The position numbers and the translations under genes were made by a program. A DNA stretch of 64,000 bases from Christensenella sp. UBA7703 (GTDB lineage: Bacteria > Bacillota > Clostridia > Christensenellales > CAG-138): the NCBI GenBank assembly GCA_002482505.1, contig DLGD01000014.1, forward strand, positions 3,645 to 67,644, read 5' to 3'. The notes beneath the pieces were generated by a model. The model made no database searches. It was not told where the DNA came from and was given only the letters and a program-made list of their open reading frames with translations. Every line of letters begins with the position of its first letter. Position 1 is the stretch's first letter. Shown here piece after piece: positions 20,137 to 30,500 of the stretch.

Positions 20137-21198
20137 ATGCCCTTAACCGTCGACATCATCAAACGATTGCAAGGATTTACGCTGAACGTCTCCCTGACCG
20201 CGGAGGCGGGTGTTACCGCGCTCCTTGGCGCCAGCGGCAGCGGGAAAAGCATGACGCTAAGGTGCATCGCGGGCGTGGAGAAGCCGGATGAAGGCAGGAT
20301 CGTGCTGGACGGGCGCGTGCTCTACGACTCCGGAGAAAAGATCGACCTGCCGCCGCAGGAGCGCAGGGTGGGTTATCTCTTCCAGCGGTATGCGCTGTTT
20401 CCGAATATGACGGTGCTGCAAAACATCGACGCGGGGCTTTCGCGGGAGCTGGACGCGCGCATCAGGCAGGCGAAGCGCGAGAGCCTGATCTCCCGTTTCC
20501 GTCTCGACGGACTGGAGCAACGGTATCCGCGCGAACTCTCCGGTGGGCAGATGCAGCGCGTCGCCCTCTGCCGTATGCTCGCGGGCGAGCCGGAGGCGAT
20601 CCTGCTCGACGAGCCGTTTGCCGCGCTGGATAGCCACCTCAGATGGCAGCTTGAAGGCGAAGTGAAGCAAACGCTGAACGAATTTTCCGGCGTGGCGCTT
20701 TTGGTTTCGCACGACAGAGGAGAAGTCTACCGCATGAGCCAGCGCGTCTGCGTCCTCAACGACGGTGCATCCGAACCGGTTCTCGGCACCACGGAGTTGT
20801 TTGACCACCCGCGTACGCTGCAAGCCGCGCTCATCACGGGCTGCAAGAATTGCGTTCCCGCGGAGATCCTTTCACAGGGGAAGATCCACGTCCCGGATTG
20901 GAACGCAAGGCTCGCCTGCTCGCAAGCGGCTGACGGCGCAATCACGCACACAGGCATTCGCGCGCACTATATCCTACCTTGCGCGGCGGAGGTGGAGAAT
21001 GCGCTGTATTGCCGCGTGGTGGAAGCCGCGGATGACGTGTTTTCCCGCGTGCTGACGCTCCTGCCTGCGGGCGGGACGGGCACGATTCGCGTAGAGCTGA
21101 GCCGGGCTGCGGGGGAACGGTTTATCCCGGGGAGCGAAGGCTGGTTTTGCCTGCCCAAGGAGCACATCATGCTCCTGCGGGAAACGCACGAACGATAA
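20137..21198 (+). CDS. modC: molybdate ABC transporter ATP-binding protein ModC with C-terminal TOBE-like extension
   Basis: Walker A GASGSGKS, signature LSGGQMQR, Walker B ILLDEP. About 110 aa of C-terminal extension. Confidence 0.88.
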   Translation: MPLTVDIIKRLQGFTLNVSLTAEAGVTALLGASGSGKSMTLRCIAGVEKPDEGRIVLDGRVLYDSGEKIDLPPQERRVGYLFQRYALFPNMTVLQNIDAGLSRELDARIRQAKRESLISRFRLDGLEQRYPRELSGGQMQRVALCRMLAGEPEAILLDEPFAALDSHLRWQLEGEVKQTLNEFSGVALLVSHDRGEVYRMSQRVCVLNDGASEPVLGTTELFDHPRTLQAALITGCKNCVPAEILSQGKIHVPDWNARLACSQAADGAITHTGIRAHYILPCAAEVENALYCRVVEAADDVFSRVLTLLPAGGTGTIRVELSRAAGERFIPGSEGWFCLPKEHIMLLRETHER

Positions 21199-21260
21199 AC
21201 CGCTTTTTTGCGAGAGAATACGTTAAGCAGATCAACCTCAAATTTCGGGAGGAGAAAGAC

Positions 21261-21767
21261 ATGTTCAAAGCATCCGTGATCACGGTCAGCGACAAAGGCT
21301 TTCGCGGGGAGCGGGAGGACACCGCAGGACCGCTTGCCGCAAGCATGCTCCAGGAAGCAGGGTATACTGTCATCGCGCAGACGATTGTGCCGGATGAACA
21401 GCCGATGATTGAACAGGAGCTGCGGCGGCACGCGGACGAGCTTGGCGCAAACTTGATCCTCACCAGCGGCGGCACGGGCTTTAGTAAACGCGATGTCACA
21501 CCGGAGGCGACGCTTGCCGTCTGTGAACGGCTGGCACCCGGCATACCGGAGGCAATGCGCGCCTATTGCCTGAACATCACGAACCGCGCGATGCTCTCCA
21601 GGGCGCAGGCGGGGCTGTATCACGATTCGCTGATTGTGAACCTGCCGGGCAGCCCGAAGGCTGTGCGCGAAAATCTGGAACCGGTTTTGCCCGCGCTGGA
21701 ACATGGGATTCAGATGCTGCTCGGTACGAAAAACGAATGTGCAAGCGAGCCGAAAGCACGGGTTTAG
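21261..21767 (+). CDS. MogA/MoaB family molybdenum cofactor biosynthesis protein
   Basis: ATG at 21261 follows gggaggagaaagac. The product reads VITVSDKG..GEREDTAGP...LILTSGGTGFSKRDVTPEAT, typical of MogA/MoaB. Confidence 0.85.
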   Translation: MFKASVITVSDKGFRGEREDTAGPLAASMLQEAGYTVIAQTIVPDEQPMIEQELRRHADELGANLILTSGGTGFSKRDVTPEATLAVCERLAPGIPEAMRAYCLNITNRAMLSRAQAGLYHDSLIVNLPGSPKAVRENLEPVLPALEHGIQMLLGTKNECASEPKARV

Positions 21768-21803
21768 CAAAAAAATGGTTCGATACCAACCATCGAACGT
21801 AAC

Positions 21804-21850
21804 AAAAAACGAGCGCCCCGTAAAAAGGGCGCTCGCTGTGTGTTTGTTGG
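21804..21850. terminator. bidirectional intrinsic terminator
   Basis: 9-bp stem cgagcgccc / gggcgctcg, with an A-run upstream and GT-rich T-tract downstream. It lies between convergent genes. Confidence 0.7.
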
Positions 21851-21855
21851 TTGCG

Positions 21856-22233
21856 TTATGTTTTTTCCGGCACGCCCAGATACTGGGACTGGTCAAATGC
21901 GAGGATGCAGTAGAAGATGATGCTCAGGAAGATGAGGCCAACCGCGAAGCCGCCGCTCTTGCCAAAGGCTTTTGCGAGCTTGACCATGGTGATGATGGCA
22001 AACACGATGTTCGCAATCGGGATCAGCAGGAAGAGGAACTTCCAGCCGTTGCCCCAGGTGATCTTGAAGAGCACGTAGAGGTTATAAAACGGGATGATCG
22101 CGGCCCAGCCGGGTTCGCCCGCTTTTTCGAAGATCTTCCACATGGCGACAATGCCGAGAACGGCAAGCGCCAAACTCAAAATCGTCATACCGGGTCTTGG
22201 TTGCGCATAATAGTCCGCATAAAAGTTCTCCAT
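21856..22233 (-). CDS. small membrane protein (DUF5684-like)
   Basis: The start at MENFYADYY is preferred. The pattern ...WKIFEKAGEPGWAAIIPFYNLYVLFKI... matches the conserved core I recall for DUF5684 proteins. Three hydrophobic segments. Confidence 0.6.
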   Translation of the reverse strand: MENFYADYYAQPRPGMTILSLALAVLGIVAMWKIFEKAGEPGWAAIIPFYNLYVLFKITWGNGWKFLFLLIPIANIVFAIITMVKLAKAFGKSGGFAVGLIFLSIIFYCILAFDQSQYLGVPEKT

Positions 22234-22307
22234 ATTAACAAATCCCCCTTCGTTTATTTGCTTTTTGAGCTGACTTGAGTATACCACTTCTGTAGAAAAA
22301 TGGAAGA

Positions 22308-22324
22308 ATGAACTGTGAGTTCAT
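22308..22324. promoter_or_regulatory. 7-bp-arm perfect palindrome in a divergent intergenic region (candidate operator)
   Basis: atgaact gtg agttcat. A TTGACA / 16-nt spacer / TATGCT promoter for the downstream + strand gene lies about 75 nt further on. Confidence 0.3.
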
Positions 22325-22453
22325 CACAATTTTACGTAATCAAGAAACGCAACGATTGTATGAATACTAAACAAAAGATGATTGACATCGCGGGAATTTT
22401 GCGTATGCTTGAGGTGTCACGTCTACTCATAAAATCACATCAGGAGGTAGATC

Positions 22454-23095
22454 ATGTCCGCATATTCTCTCAGCGCGCTGGAGATTTTGCGAAATCCGGC
22501 GCTTACGCTCAAGTGGTACGTCGTACCATTGCTGCTCGTCGTCATGTACATCTACAACAAAGAGATTTACGCGAAGAACTGGAACGTTGTGCTCGGCGGC
22601 GCCGCGCTCTGGGGAATGGATTTATTCAACGAAATCTGGAACAGCATCGTCTTCCATGCGTCGGGATTTGCGCCCGTTTGGGGCACGCCGACGGGGGTTG
22701 GGGACACAGCGCTGCTGCTGCTGATCGGCTACAACATCGAGATTTCGTTCATGTTTGCGATGATGGGCATCGCGGTTTGTCTGACGCTGCCCAAAGACCC
22801 GAAGGCGAAGATTCTCGGCATCAACAACCGCGTGTTTCTCGCGGTGGTCTACACGACGCTTGCGGTTTGCATTGAGTGCTTCCTCAACTACGCGGGGCTG
22901 CTCACATGGGAATATCCGTGGTGGAGTCGCTCGTTCCCATATCTCGTCTGGCTGATTGGCTACCTGCCATTTTTCACGATGGCGTTTGTGGTGCACGACA
23001 TGAAGCAGATGAAGAACAAACTCATTACTCTTGGCATCATCTTCGGCGTGGATATTCTCGCGCTGATCGTTTTCGGACTAATGGGTTGGATGTAA
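22454..23095 (+). CDS. hypothetical polytopic membrane protein
   Basis: SD caggaggtagatc before the ATG. 213 aa with about 6 hydrophobic segments. No family recognised. Confidence 0.6.
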   Translation: MSAYSLSALEILRNPALTLKWYVVPLLLVVMYIYNKEIYAKNWNVVLGGAALWGMDLFNEIWNSIVFHASGFAPVWGTPTGVGDTALLLLIGYNIEISFMFAMMGIAVCLTLPKDPKAKILGINNRVFLAVVYTTLAVCIECFLNYAGLLTWEYPWWSRSFPYLVWLIGYLPFFTMAFVVHDMKQMKNKLITLGIIFGVDILALIVFGLMGWM

Positions 23096-23114
23096 TCTCA
23101 GTCAATTGCAACAC

Positions 23115-23146
23115 AAAGGACGCTCTTGTACGAGCGCCCTTTTTTG
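23115..23146. terminator. bidirectional intrinsic terminator
   Basis: aaaggacgctc ttgtac gagcgcccttt stem with one mismatch, followed by tttttt. Confidence 0.65.
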
Positions 23147-23159
23147 ATGTGTATCGTTC

Positions 23160-23930
23160 TTAGAGCGAAATCCCGAATAGGTTTATCGCGTTCTGGTAAG
23201 TCGCGGCAGCTGCTTCTTCGAGTGAGATATTTCGCACTTTAGCAAGCATCTCCAGCGTGAGGTGGATCAGCAGCGGGCTGTTGCGCTCGCCCCTGTGCGG
23301 CTCCGGCGTCATATACGGGCAATCGGTCTCGATCACGAGCCGTTCCAACGGGAGTTTTTCCGCAATCGCGCACTGTTTGGTTGCGTTTTTGAACGTCAGC
23401 GCGCCGCCAAAGGCGATGTAGAACCCTATGTCGATATACCGCACCGCGTCCTCATAGCTGCCGGAATAGCAATGCAGCACGCCGCCCAAGCGGCCTTTTC
23501 GCGCGGAGACCATCGCCATCACATCCCCGTGCGCCTCGCGGTCGTGGATGATGACGGGTTTTTTCGCAGCAATCGCCAAATCCAGCTGGTTGGCAAACGC
23601 TTCCCGCTGCGCCTCGCGCGGGGAATAGTCATAGTGATAGTCCAGCCCGATTTCACCGACGGCGACGATCTTCTTTTGCTCCAGCGCGCGCTCGACGCGA
23701 AGGAGATTCGTGTTGTCCGCCTTGTTGGCGGAGTGCGGATGGATGCCCGCGCTGCCGTAGACAAAGTCGTAAAGCAGCGTGAGTCCCTGAATTTTCGGAA
23801 TATCCTCCGCTTCGACGCAGGCTTCCACAAAGCCGCGCACGCCTGCCGCCGGAAGGGCGGAGATAATCGCGTTGCGGTCGGTTTCAAACTGGTCGTCCAG
23901 CAGATGTGCATGTGTATCAAAAAGTTGCAT
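23160..23930 (-). CDS. TatD family metal-dependent hydrolase (YabD-like)
   Basis: Starts MQLFDTHAHL, and contains ...GEIGLDYHY... and ...IETDCPYM.. motifs. It lies downstream of metG, as in Bacillus metS-yabD. Confidence 0.92.
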   Translation of the reverse strand: MQLFDTHAHLLDDQFETDRNAIISALPAAGVRGFVEACVEAEDIPKIQGLTLLYDFVYGSAGIHPHSANKADNTNLLRVERALEQKKIVAVGEIGLDYHYDYSPREAQREAFANQLDLAIAAKKPVIIHDREAHGDVMAMVSARKGRLGGVLHCYSGSYEDAVRYIDIGFYIAFGGALTFKNATKQCAIAEKLPLERLVIETDCPYMTPEPHRGERNSPLLIHLTLEMLAKVRNISLEEAAAATYQNAINLFGISL

Positions 23931-23953
23931 GTTCCGTCTTCCTGCCTGTTATG

Positions 23954-24502
23954 TTACGCTTTTTGCGTCAAATCAAGATCCATCAGAATTTCATCGTAAT
24001 ATGTTCCGCGGACGTTGATTCTGCCTGCATGCCGCCCGACTTCGACAAAGCCGAAGCGCTGATAGAGCGCGATTGCCCGTTCGTTTCCTGCGTGCACCTC
24101 TAAAGAGAGCACTCTCAGCACGCCCGTGCTTTTCGCAAAATCGATCATCGTCTGCATGGCGATGCTACCGATGCCGAGGTGCCAGAAATCACGCTTGATC
24201 GAGATTGCAACCCCGCCGACGTGCGCGATGCGAGAGCGGCCTGCCGCGCGGACATCGCAAACCAATACGATTTCGCCGTCGATCGTACCGACGAACATCT
24301 TCGTGTTCGGCATGGTCAGCGTGCTTGTGATCCAGCTCTGTTCGCCTTCGAGCGTGAGCCCCTCAATTCCGTTTTCGTCCGCGAGGAGAAAATCCGTCTC
24401 GCCGCCGACGATCTTGAGATAGTCGATCATCTCCTGCGCGTCACTCAGGGTTGGGTCACGCAGGATCAGCGTTCGCCCGTCTTTGAGGATATGTTCACTC
24501 AT
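23954..24502 (-). CDS. GNAT family N-acetyltransferase
   Basis: 182 aa. The acetyl-CoA binding stretch is WHLGIGSIAMQTMIDFAK.., followed by ...NERAIALYQRFGF. Confidence 0.85.
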   Translation of the reverse strand: MSEHILKDGRTLILRDPTLSDAQEMIDYLKIVGGETDFLLADENGIEGLTLEGEQSWITSTLTMPNTKMFVGTIDGEIVLVCDVRAAGRSRIAHVGGVAISIKRDFWHLGIGSIAMQTMIDFAKSTGVLRVLSLEVHAGNERAIALYQRFGFVEVGRHAGRINVRGTYYDEILMDLDLTQKA

Positions 24503-24520
24503 AAAACACCCCGCAGGTTT

Positions 24521-26533
24521 TCAGCGTACTTTGAGCCCGCTGTCCATCGCGGCGAGCGTGGTCAGCGCGGAGAGGTTTTCGTCGGCCGCGTCGGAAGCGC
24601 AGAGGATCATGCCGTGGCTCTCCACGCCGCAGAGCGTGACGGGCTTGAGGTTTGCAACCAGCACGACGGTTTTGCCGACGAGATCGTCCGGCGTGTACCA
24701 CTGCTTGATGCCGGAGACGACGGTGCGCGTTTCCGCGCCGACTTCCAGAGTGAGCTTGAGCAGCTTCTTGCTCTTCTTGATCTCTTCGCAGGCAACGACC
24801 TTAGCCAGTCGCAGATCGACCTTTGCAAAGTCGTCATACTCGATTTCCGCCGGGGCTTCGTCCTCGCCATGCCCGTGCTTGGCGGGCGCAGCGGGAGCGG
24901 CTTCTGCCACCGGTGCGGGCGTTGCCTCTGCCGCAGGAACTGCCGCAGCTTTGGCTTTGTCCGCCTCCGCTGCGAAAAAGGCAAGCTCCGCCTCCGCGTC
25001 GATGCGCGGAAAGAGCGCTTCTCCTTTGTGTACAAGCGAGCCGGGGACGCTGCCGCCCCAAGCGAGGGATTCAAACGCCGCCTGCGTGGGCGCGGTGCCG
25101 AGCTGGGCAAACATTTTCGCGGGCGTACCGGTGAGATATGGCGTGAGTAAAATCGCGACGATGCGCAGGCTTTCCGCGAGGTTATAGAGCACCGTCTTGA
25201 GCCGCTCCTGACCCGCTTCGCTCTTGGCGAGCGACCAGGGCGCGGTCACGTCGATGTATTTGTTGCAGGCATTCACGAGCTTCCAAATCTCCGCCAGCGC
25301 GTCGGGGATATGCAGTTCTGTCATCTGCGCATCCACCTTGGCGGGCAGTTCTTTTGCGAGCGCGATCAGCGCCGCGTCCTCGTCCGCAACCACGCCGGGC
25401 GCGGGCAGCACGCCGCCGAAATACTTATCGATCATCGCGACCGTGCGGCTGAGCAGGTTGCCGAGGTCGTTGGCAAGGTCGGTGTTGATTCTGGCGATCA
25501 GCGCCTCGTTGGAGAAGGTTCCGTCCGAACCGAACGGCACCTCACGCAGGAGGAAATAGCGGATTGCATCCACGCCATAGCGCGCGCAAAGCTGCACGGG
25601 ATCGACCACGTTGCCTTTCGACTTGCTCATCTTGCCGCCATCGAGCACGAGCCAGCCATGACCGAACACCTGCTTGGGCAGCGGCTCGCCGAGCGCCATG
25701 AGCATGATCGGCCAGATGATGGTATGAAACCGCACGATCTCCTTGCCGACGATGTGGACATCCGCCGGCCAGAATTTGCGATAGAGCGAATCGTCCTCGC
25801 TTCCCCACCCGAGTGCGGTAATGTAGTTGCTCAGCGCGTCCAGCCAGACATAGACCACGTGTTTGCCGTCAAAATCGACCGGAATCCCCCACGTGAAGCT
25901 GGTGCGACTCACGCAGAGATCCTCCAGCCCCGGCAGGAGGAAGTTTTGCAGCATCTCGTTGGTGCGGCTGTTGGGTTGGATAAACGTCGGGTTGTCCTTG
26001 ATATACTGGATCAGGCGATCGGCGTACTTCGAAAGCCGGAAGAAATAGCTTTCCTCCTCGACCAGCTCGACCGGCCCGCCGCAGTCGGGACAAACGCCGC
26101 CCGCTTCTTCGATCTGGCGGTCGAGCCAGAAGCTTTCGCAGGGTGTGCAATAATGCCCGGTGTATTTCGATTTATAGATGTCGCCCTGATCATAAAGCTT
26201 CTTGAACATCTTTTGCACAGCCTTGACATGATAGTCATCCGTGGTGCGGATGAATTTATCATAGGAGATGTCCAGAAGCTTCCAGAGGTCTTTAAATCCT
26301 GCGACGATATGATCCACATACGCCTGTGGGGTTACACCGGCGGCCTTTGCCTTGCGTTCGATCTTCTGACCGTGCTCGTCCGAGCCGGTGAGGAAGAAGG
26401 TTTCATCGCCGCGCTGACGGTGATAGCGCGCGATGGCGTCTGTCGCGACCGTGCTGTAAGCGTGGCCGATGTGCAGGCTCGCGCTGGGATAATAGATCGG
26501 GGTGGTGATGTAAAACGTCTTCTTCTCTGCCAT
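24521..26533 (-). CDS. metG: methionine--tRNA ligase with C-terminal tRNA-binding (EMAP/Trbp111-like) domain
   Basis: True start MAEKKTFYITTPIYYPSASLHIGH (HIGH motif) at 26533. KMSKS is present. An Ala/Pro linker precedes the C-terminal FAKVDLRLAKV... OB domain. The listed 26734 start reads through the leader. Confidence 0.95.
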   Translation of the reverse strand: MAEKKTFYITTPIYYPSASLHIGHAYSTVATDAIARYHRQRGDETFFLTGSDEHGQKIERKAKAAGVTPQAYVDHIVAGFKDLWKLLDISYDKFIRTTDDYHVKAVQKMFKKLYDQGDIYKSKYTGHYCTPCESFWLDRQIEEAGGVCPDCGGPVELVEEESYFFRLSKYADRLIQYIKDNPTFIQPNSRTNEMLQNFLLPGLEDLCVSRTSFTWGIPVDFDGKHVVYVWLDALSNYITALGWGSEDDSLYRKFWPADVHIVGKEIVRFHTIIWPIMLMALGEPLPKQVFGHGWLVLDGGKMSKSKGNVVDPVQLCARYGVDAIRYFLLREVPFGSDGTFSNEALIARINTDLANDLGNLLSRTVAMIDKYFGGVLPAPGVVADEDAALIALAKELPAKVDAQMTELHIPDALAEIWKLVNACNKYIDVTAPWSLAKSEAGQERLKTVLYNLAESLRIVAILLTPYLTGTPAKMFAQLGTAPTQAAFESLAWGGSVPGSLVHKGEALFPRIDAEAELAFFAAEADKAKAAAVPAAEATPAPVAEAAPAAPAKHGHGEDEAPAEIEYDDFAKVDLRLAKVVACEEIKKSKKLLKLTLEVGAETRTVVSGIKQWYTPDDLVGKTVVLVANLKPVTLCGVESHGMILCASDAADENLSALTTLAAMDSGLKVR

Positions 26534-26864
26534 GGTTGTGCCCTCCAAAGTTAAAATCAAGTAAAAATAAAAAAGCATGCCGCCCACATGTAAGGACGGC
26601 ACGCAACCAATCACGAGCCGAAAAACCACCTTACTTCCCCAAATTGGAGGGGGCATAAGTTTCCGCTGTATCGGGCGGAGAACCGCCGCGGCTAAGGCAA
26701 ATGGAGCGTTCACCGCGAGAAGCTCGGGAGCCATGTTCGCAAAGCGCGCGATTTCGGGCTTTCACCTGATCCCGAATCTCTCTTCAAACGCGCAACGATG
26801 CTACTCTTTCCGTCGTCGCTCATATCGTTTGGATAGCGTATCACCAACAATGCGTTGTTGTCAA
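26534..26864 (-). promoter_or_regulatory. T-box leader (Met specifier) with promoter and terminator, upstream of metG
   Basis: Read on the minus strand. Promoter: TTGACA, 18-nt spacer, TACGCT (26864-26835). Stem I carries an AGAGAG bulge and a GGUGAAAG distal loop. The specifier region is GAAC-AUG-G. A T-box-like AAGGUGGU follows. The terminator has an 8-bp stem UGCCGUCC/GGGCGGCA followed by UGCUUUUUUAUUUUU, about 40 nt before the SD and ATG. Confidence 0.7.
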
Positions 26865-26920
26865 GAGCGCGCGATCGTGCTAATATAGGTTGGATTTCTA
26901 CTTTTTTAAGCGGGGTATGT

Positions 26921-27505
26921 ATGTTCGTCGTCGCAGGCCTTGGCAATCCGGGATTACTCTACAAGCGCACGCGCCACAACGCGGGCTTTCAAGCGCTGGA
27001 TGTGCTGGCGGACGGACTGGGCATCAAGGTCACCAAGCGCGGCTTTTCCGGCGAATATGGCGAGGGAAGCTACAAAGGCGAGCGCGTCGTGCTGGTCAAA
27101 CCCACCACGTATATGAACCTCTCGGGTGACTGCATTCAGGCGCTGATGCACTTTTACAAATGCCCCGTGGAAAACCTGATCGTGCTCTATGACGACATCG
27201 AGTTGCCGGTCGGCTCCCTTCGCATCCGCGAAAAAGGCAGCGCCGGCACGCACAACGGTATGCGATCCATCATCGGCTGCCTCGGCAGCGGGGATTTTCC
27301 GCGCGTGCGCATCGGCGTTGGCGGCAACAACGGCGAGGATTTGAAACAACACGTGCTGGGTAAGCCAGGCAAAGCGGATCAGGCGGCGCTTTCGGAGGCG
27401 TTTCGAGACGCGGCGGACGCAACCTGCCTGATCATCGAAGGAAAAATTCAGGAAGCGCAGGCAAAATATAACAAACGGCACATCGGCGGGGCAAAGGCGG
27501 ACTAA
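26921..27505 (+). CDS. pth: aminoacyl-tRNA (peptidyl-tRNA) hydrolase
   Basis: Start MFVVAGLGNPG...TRHNAGF at 26921. Contains the ...GTHNGMRSI.. motif. Confidence 0.93.
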   Translation: MFVVAGLGNPGLLYKRTRHNAGFQALDVLADGLGIKVTKRGFSGEYGEGSYKGERVVLVKPTTYMNLSGDCIQALMHFYKCPVENLIVLYDDIELPVGSLRIREKGSAGTHNGMRSIIGCLGSGDFPRVRIGVGGNNGEDLKQHVLGKPGKADQAALSEAFRDAADATCLIIEGKIQEAQAKYNKRHIGGAKAD

Positions 27506-27547
27506 ACACCTGCCGCGTCCCGACTAAAAAAGCAAAATGGGGGACGC

Positions 27548-30500
27548 TTGACGCCAGGCATGGATCACAACCCAATATTGAACCTACTCGATTCCGCGAC
27601 GGATTACCAGCGCATGCGTTTGGCGCTGGAGGGGGGCAAAGGCCCGGTCGCGGCTTTTGGCGTTGCCGCAAACGCAAAGGCGCACCTCTGCGCCTCGCTC
27701 GCGCGGACGCGACAGGTGCTGTTTGTGACCGCGACGGATGTTACCGCCGCGCAATTGCACGAGAGCGCGCGCCTCTTTGGCGTGCGCGCGGAGCTGTTTT
27801 TGCCACGCGAAACGCCGCTGGTCTATGTCCACGCCGCCTCCGGCGAGAACCGCAGCGCGCGCATCTCTGCGCTTTCCGCGCTGCTTTCCGGCGAGCCCTG
27901 CGTGGTTGCGGCGAGTGCCGCCGCGCTCCTGCAGGCGCTTGCGCCAAAAGGCGCGTTCGCAAGCAGCCAGCTTTCGCTCTCGGTTGGCGACACGCTAGAG
28001 CCCAGATCGCTTGTCGAGCGGCTGGTTTCGGCGGGCTACGAGCGTGTGGAGATGGTCGAAGGGCGCGGACAGTGCGCCGCGCGCGGAGACCTTGTGGACG
28101 TGTTTGCGCCGGGCGAGGAATACCCCGTGCGCATCGAGTTCTTTGGCGACGAGATCGACCAGATGCGCACCTTTGACGCGGTTTCCCAGCGGAGCGTGGA
28201 GCAGATTTCAACCATTGTGATCCGCCCGGCGCTGGAGACCCCGCAACCCAAAGAGCTCACGCAAAAAGCGCTCAAGCGTATCGCAGGGCGCGCAGGCTTG
28301 AGCGATCAGGAAGACGCGTGGAGCGAAGGCATCGCGAGCGTCGGCGGAGACGTGCTCCTGCCGCTGCTCTATAAAAAAACAGAAACGCTCTTGGACTATC
28401 TGCGCGAGGACGCGATTCTCATCGTGGACGAAGCGCTGCTCATCGACGAGGCGCTGCGTACCGAGCAGCTCCGCTTTGCCGAGACGGTCAAGGCGATGCT
28501 GGAACGCGATGAGGGCGTGCCGGAACAGGGCGCGCTGGAGCGCGGAGCAAACGAGACGCTGGAGCGGCTGCACACGGGCAGAACCGCGCTGTTTTACGCG
28601 CTCTCGCGCACGCATCCGCAGTTTTCCCCGCGTGAGATTGTGAACCTCGAATCACGTGGCGCGCCGCAGTTCATGGGTGCGTTTGACGAGATTGCGCGCG
28701 AGATCAAGCGCCTGAATCAGCAGGGCGAAAAGACGGTCATCTACGCGGGTGAGCAGACGGAAGAGCTGCTGCAAAACCTTGCGGACTATGACGCACATGC
28801 AGTCGCAATGAGCGAATTGCCGACGGAGCTGCCAGCGGGAAAGACACTGATCTTGCCGGGGCAGTTGGCGCGCGGATTTTCCTATCCGCAGCTCAAGCTG
28901 AATATCTTCTGCGAATTCGAAATAACGGGGCGCACGGAGCGCGCGGTGAAGAAGACCCGCGCCAAGAAGCACCTTTCGTTCTCCGAGCTTTCCGTGGGTG
29001 ACTATATCGTTCACGAAACGCACGGCATTGGTCGGTTTGTCAAGGTTGAACCGCTGACGGTACAGGGCAACACCAAGGATTATCTCTTAATTGAATATCG
29101 CGGCGGGGACAGGCTCTATATCCCGACCGACCAGCTCGACCGCGTGCAAAAGTACGTCGGCGGCGGCGAAGAGGAGACGGGCCCGCAGCTGAGCAAACTC
29201 GGCGGGGCGGAGTGGACCAACCGTGTCAATAAGGCAAAGAGCGCGGCAAAGAAGCTCGCCTTTGACCTTGCGGCGCTGTACGCGGAACGCGCAAGCGCGC
29301 AGGGCTTTGCGTTTTCGAAGGACACCGCCTGGCAGAGAACGTTTGAAGAGCGGTTCCCGTATGAACTCACGCCCGACCAGAAGCAGAGTATGGAGGAGAT
29401 CAAGGCGGATATGCAGCAGATCCGCCCGATGGACCGCCTTCTCTGCGGCGACGTTGGCTACGGCAAGACGGAGCTTGCGCTGCGGGCGATCTTCAAGGCG
29501 ATTCAGGACGGCAAACAGGCGGCGTTGCTGGTGCCGACCACGATTTTAGCCCAGCAGCACTACAACACGATGTGCTCGCGCTTTGCCGATTTTCCGGTGA
29601 AGGCCGCGTGCCTTTCTCGCTTCCAAACCGCGAAAGAACGGGAGGCGATCAAGGAAGCCCTCGCAAAAGGGCAGGTTGACGTGGTCGTCGGCACCCATGC
29701 GCTGCTGGCAAAGGACGTGAAATATAAGGCGCTGGGTTTGCTGGTCATCGACGAGGAACATCGCTTTGGCGTGAACCACAAAGAGCAGATCAAGGCAATG
29801 AAAAAATCGGTCGATGTGCTTACGCTGACCGCAACGCCGATTCCGAGAACGCTGAACCTCTCTATGACGGGCATACGCGACATCAGCGTCATCGAAACCC
29901 CGCCGGAGGCGCGCTATCCCGTCCAGACCTATGTCATGGAGCACTCCGACGCGCTGGTGAAGGATGCGCTTTCCCGCGAGTTGGCACGAAAAGGGCAGGC
30001 GTATGTGGTTTCCAATCGCGTGATCAGCATGGAGCAAACCATGCGCAAACTCGAATCCCTCGTGCCGGAAGCGCGGATTACCATCGCACACGGCCAGATG
30101 GGCGAAAACCAGCTGGAAAACGCGATGCTGGATTTTTTAGAGCAGCGATATGACATTCTGCTTTGCTCGACGATCATCGAAAGCGGGCTTGACATCGGCA
30201 ACGCAAACACCATGATCGTGCTGGAGGCAGACAAGATGGGGCTGGCTCAGCTCTATCAGCTGCGCGGGCGCGTCGGGCGATCCAACCGAATCGGATATGC
30301 GTATTTTACCGTGCAATCCGGGCGCGTGATGAACGAAAAAGCGGCAAAAAGATTGATGGCGATCCGCGAATTCACGCAGTTTGGCGCGGGGTTCCAGCTT
30401 GCCATGCGCGATTTGGAGATTCGCGGGGCTGGGTCACTGCTCGGCGCAGAGCAGCACGGGCATATCACCGACGTTGGTTATGAATACTATGTCAAGCTCA

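Noticed and set aside
22315-22875. 186-aa ORF overlapping the start of the membrane protein gene 22454..23095.
   Set aside because: Its product is Arg-rich and out of frame with the strongly hydrophobic, SD-preceded 22454 ORF. It begins inside the promoter region.
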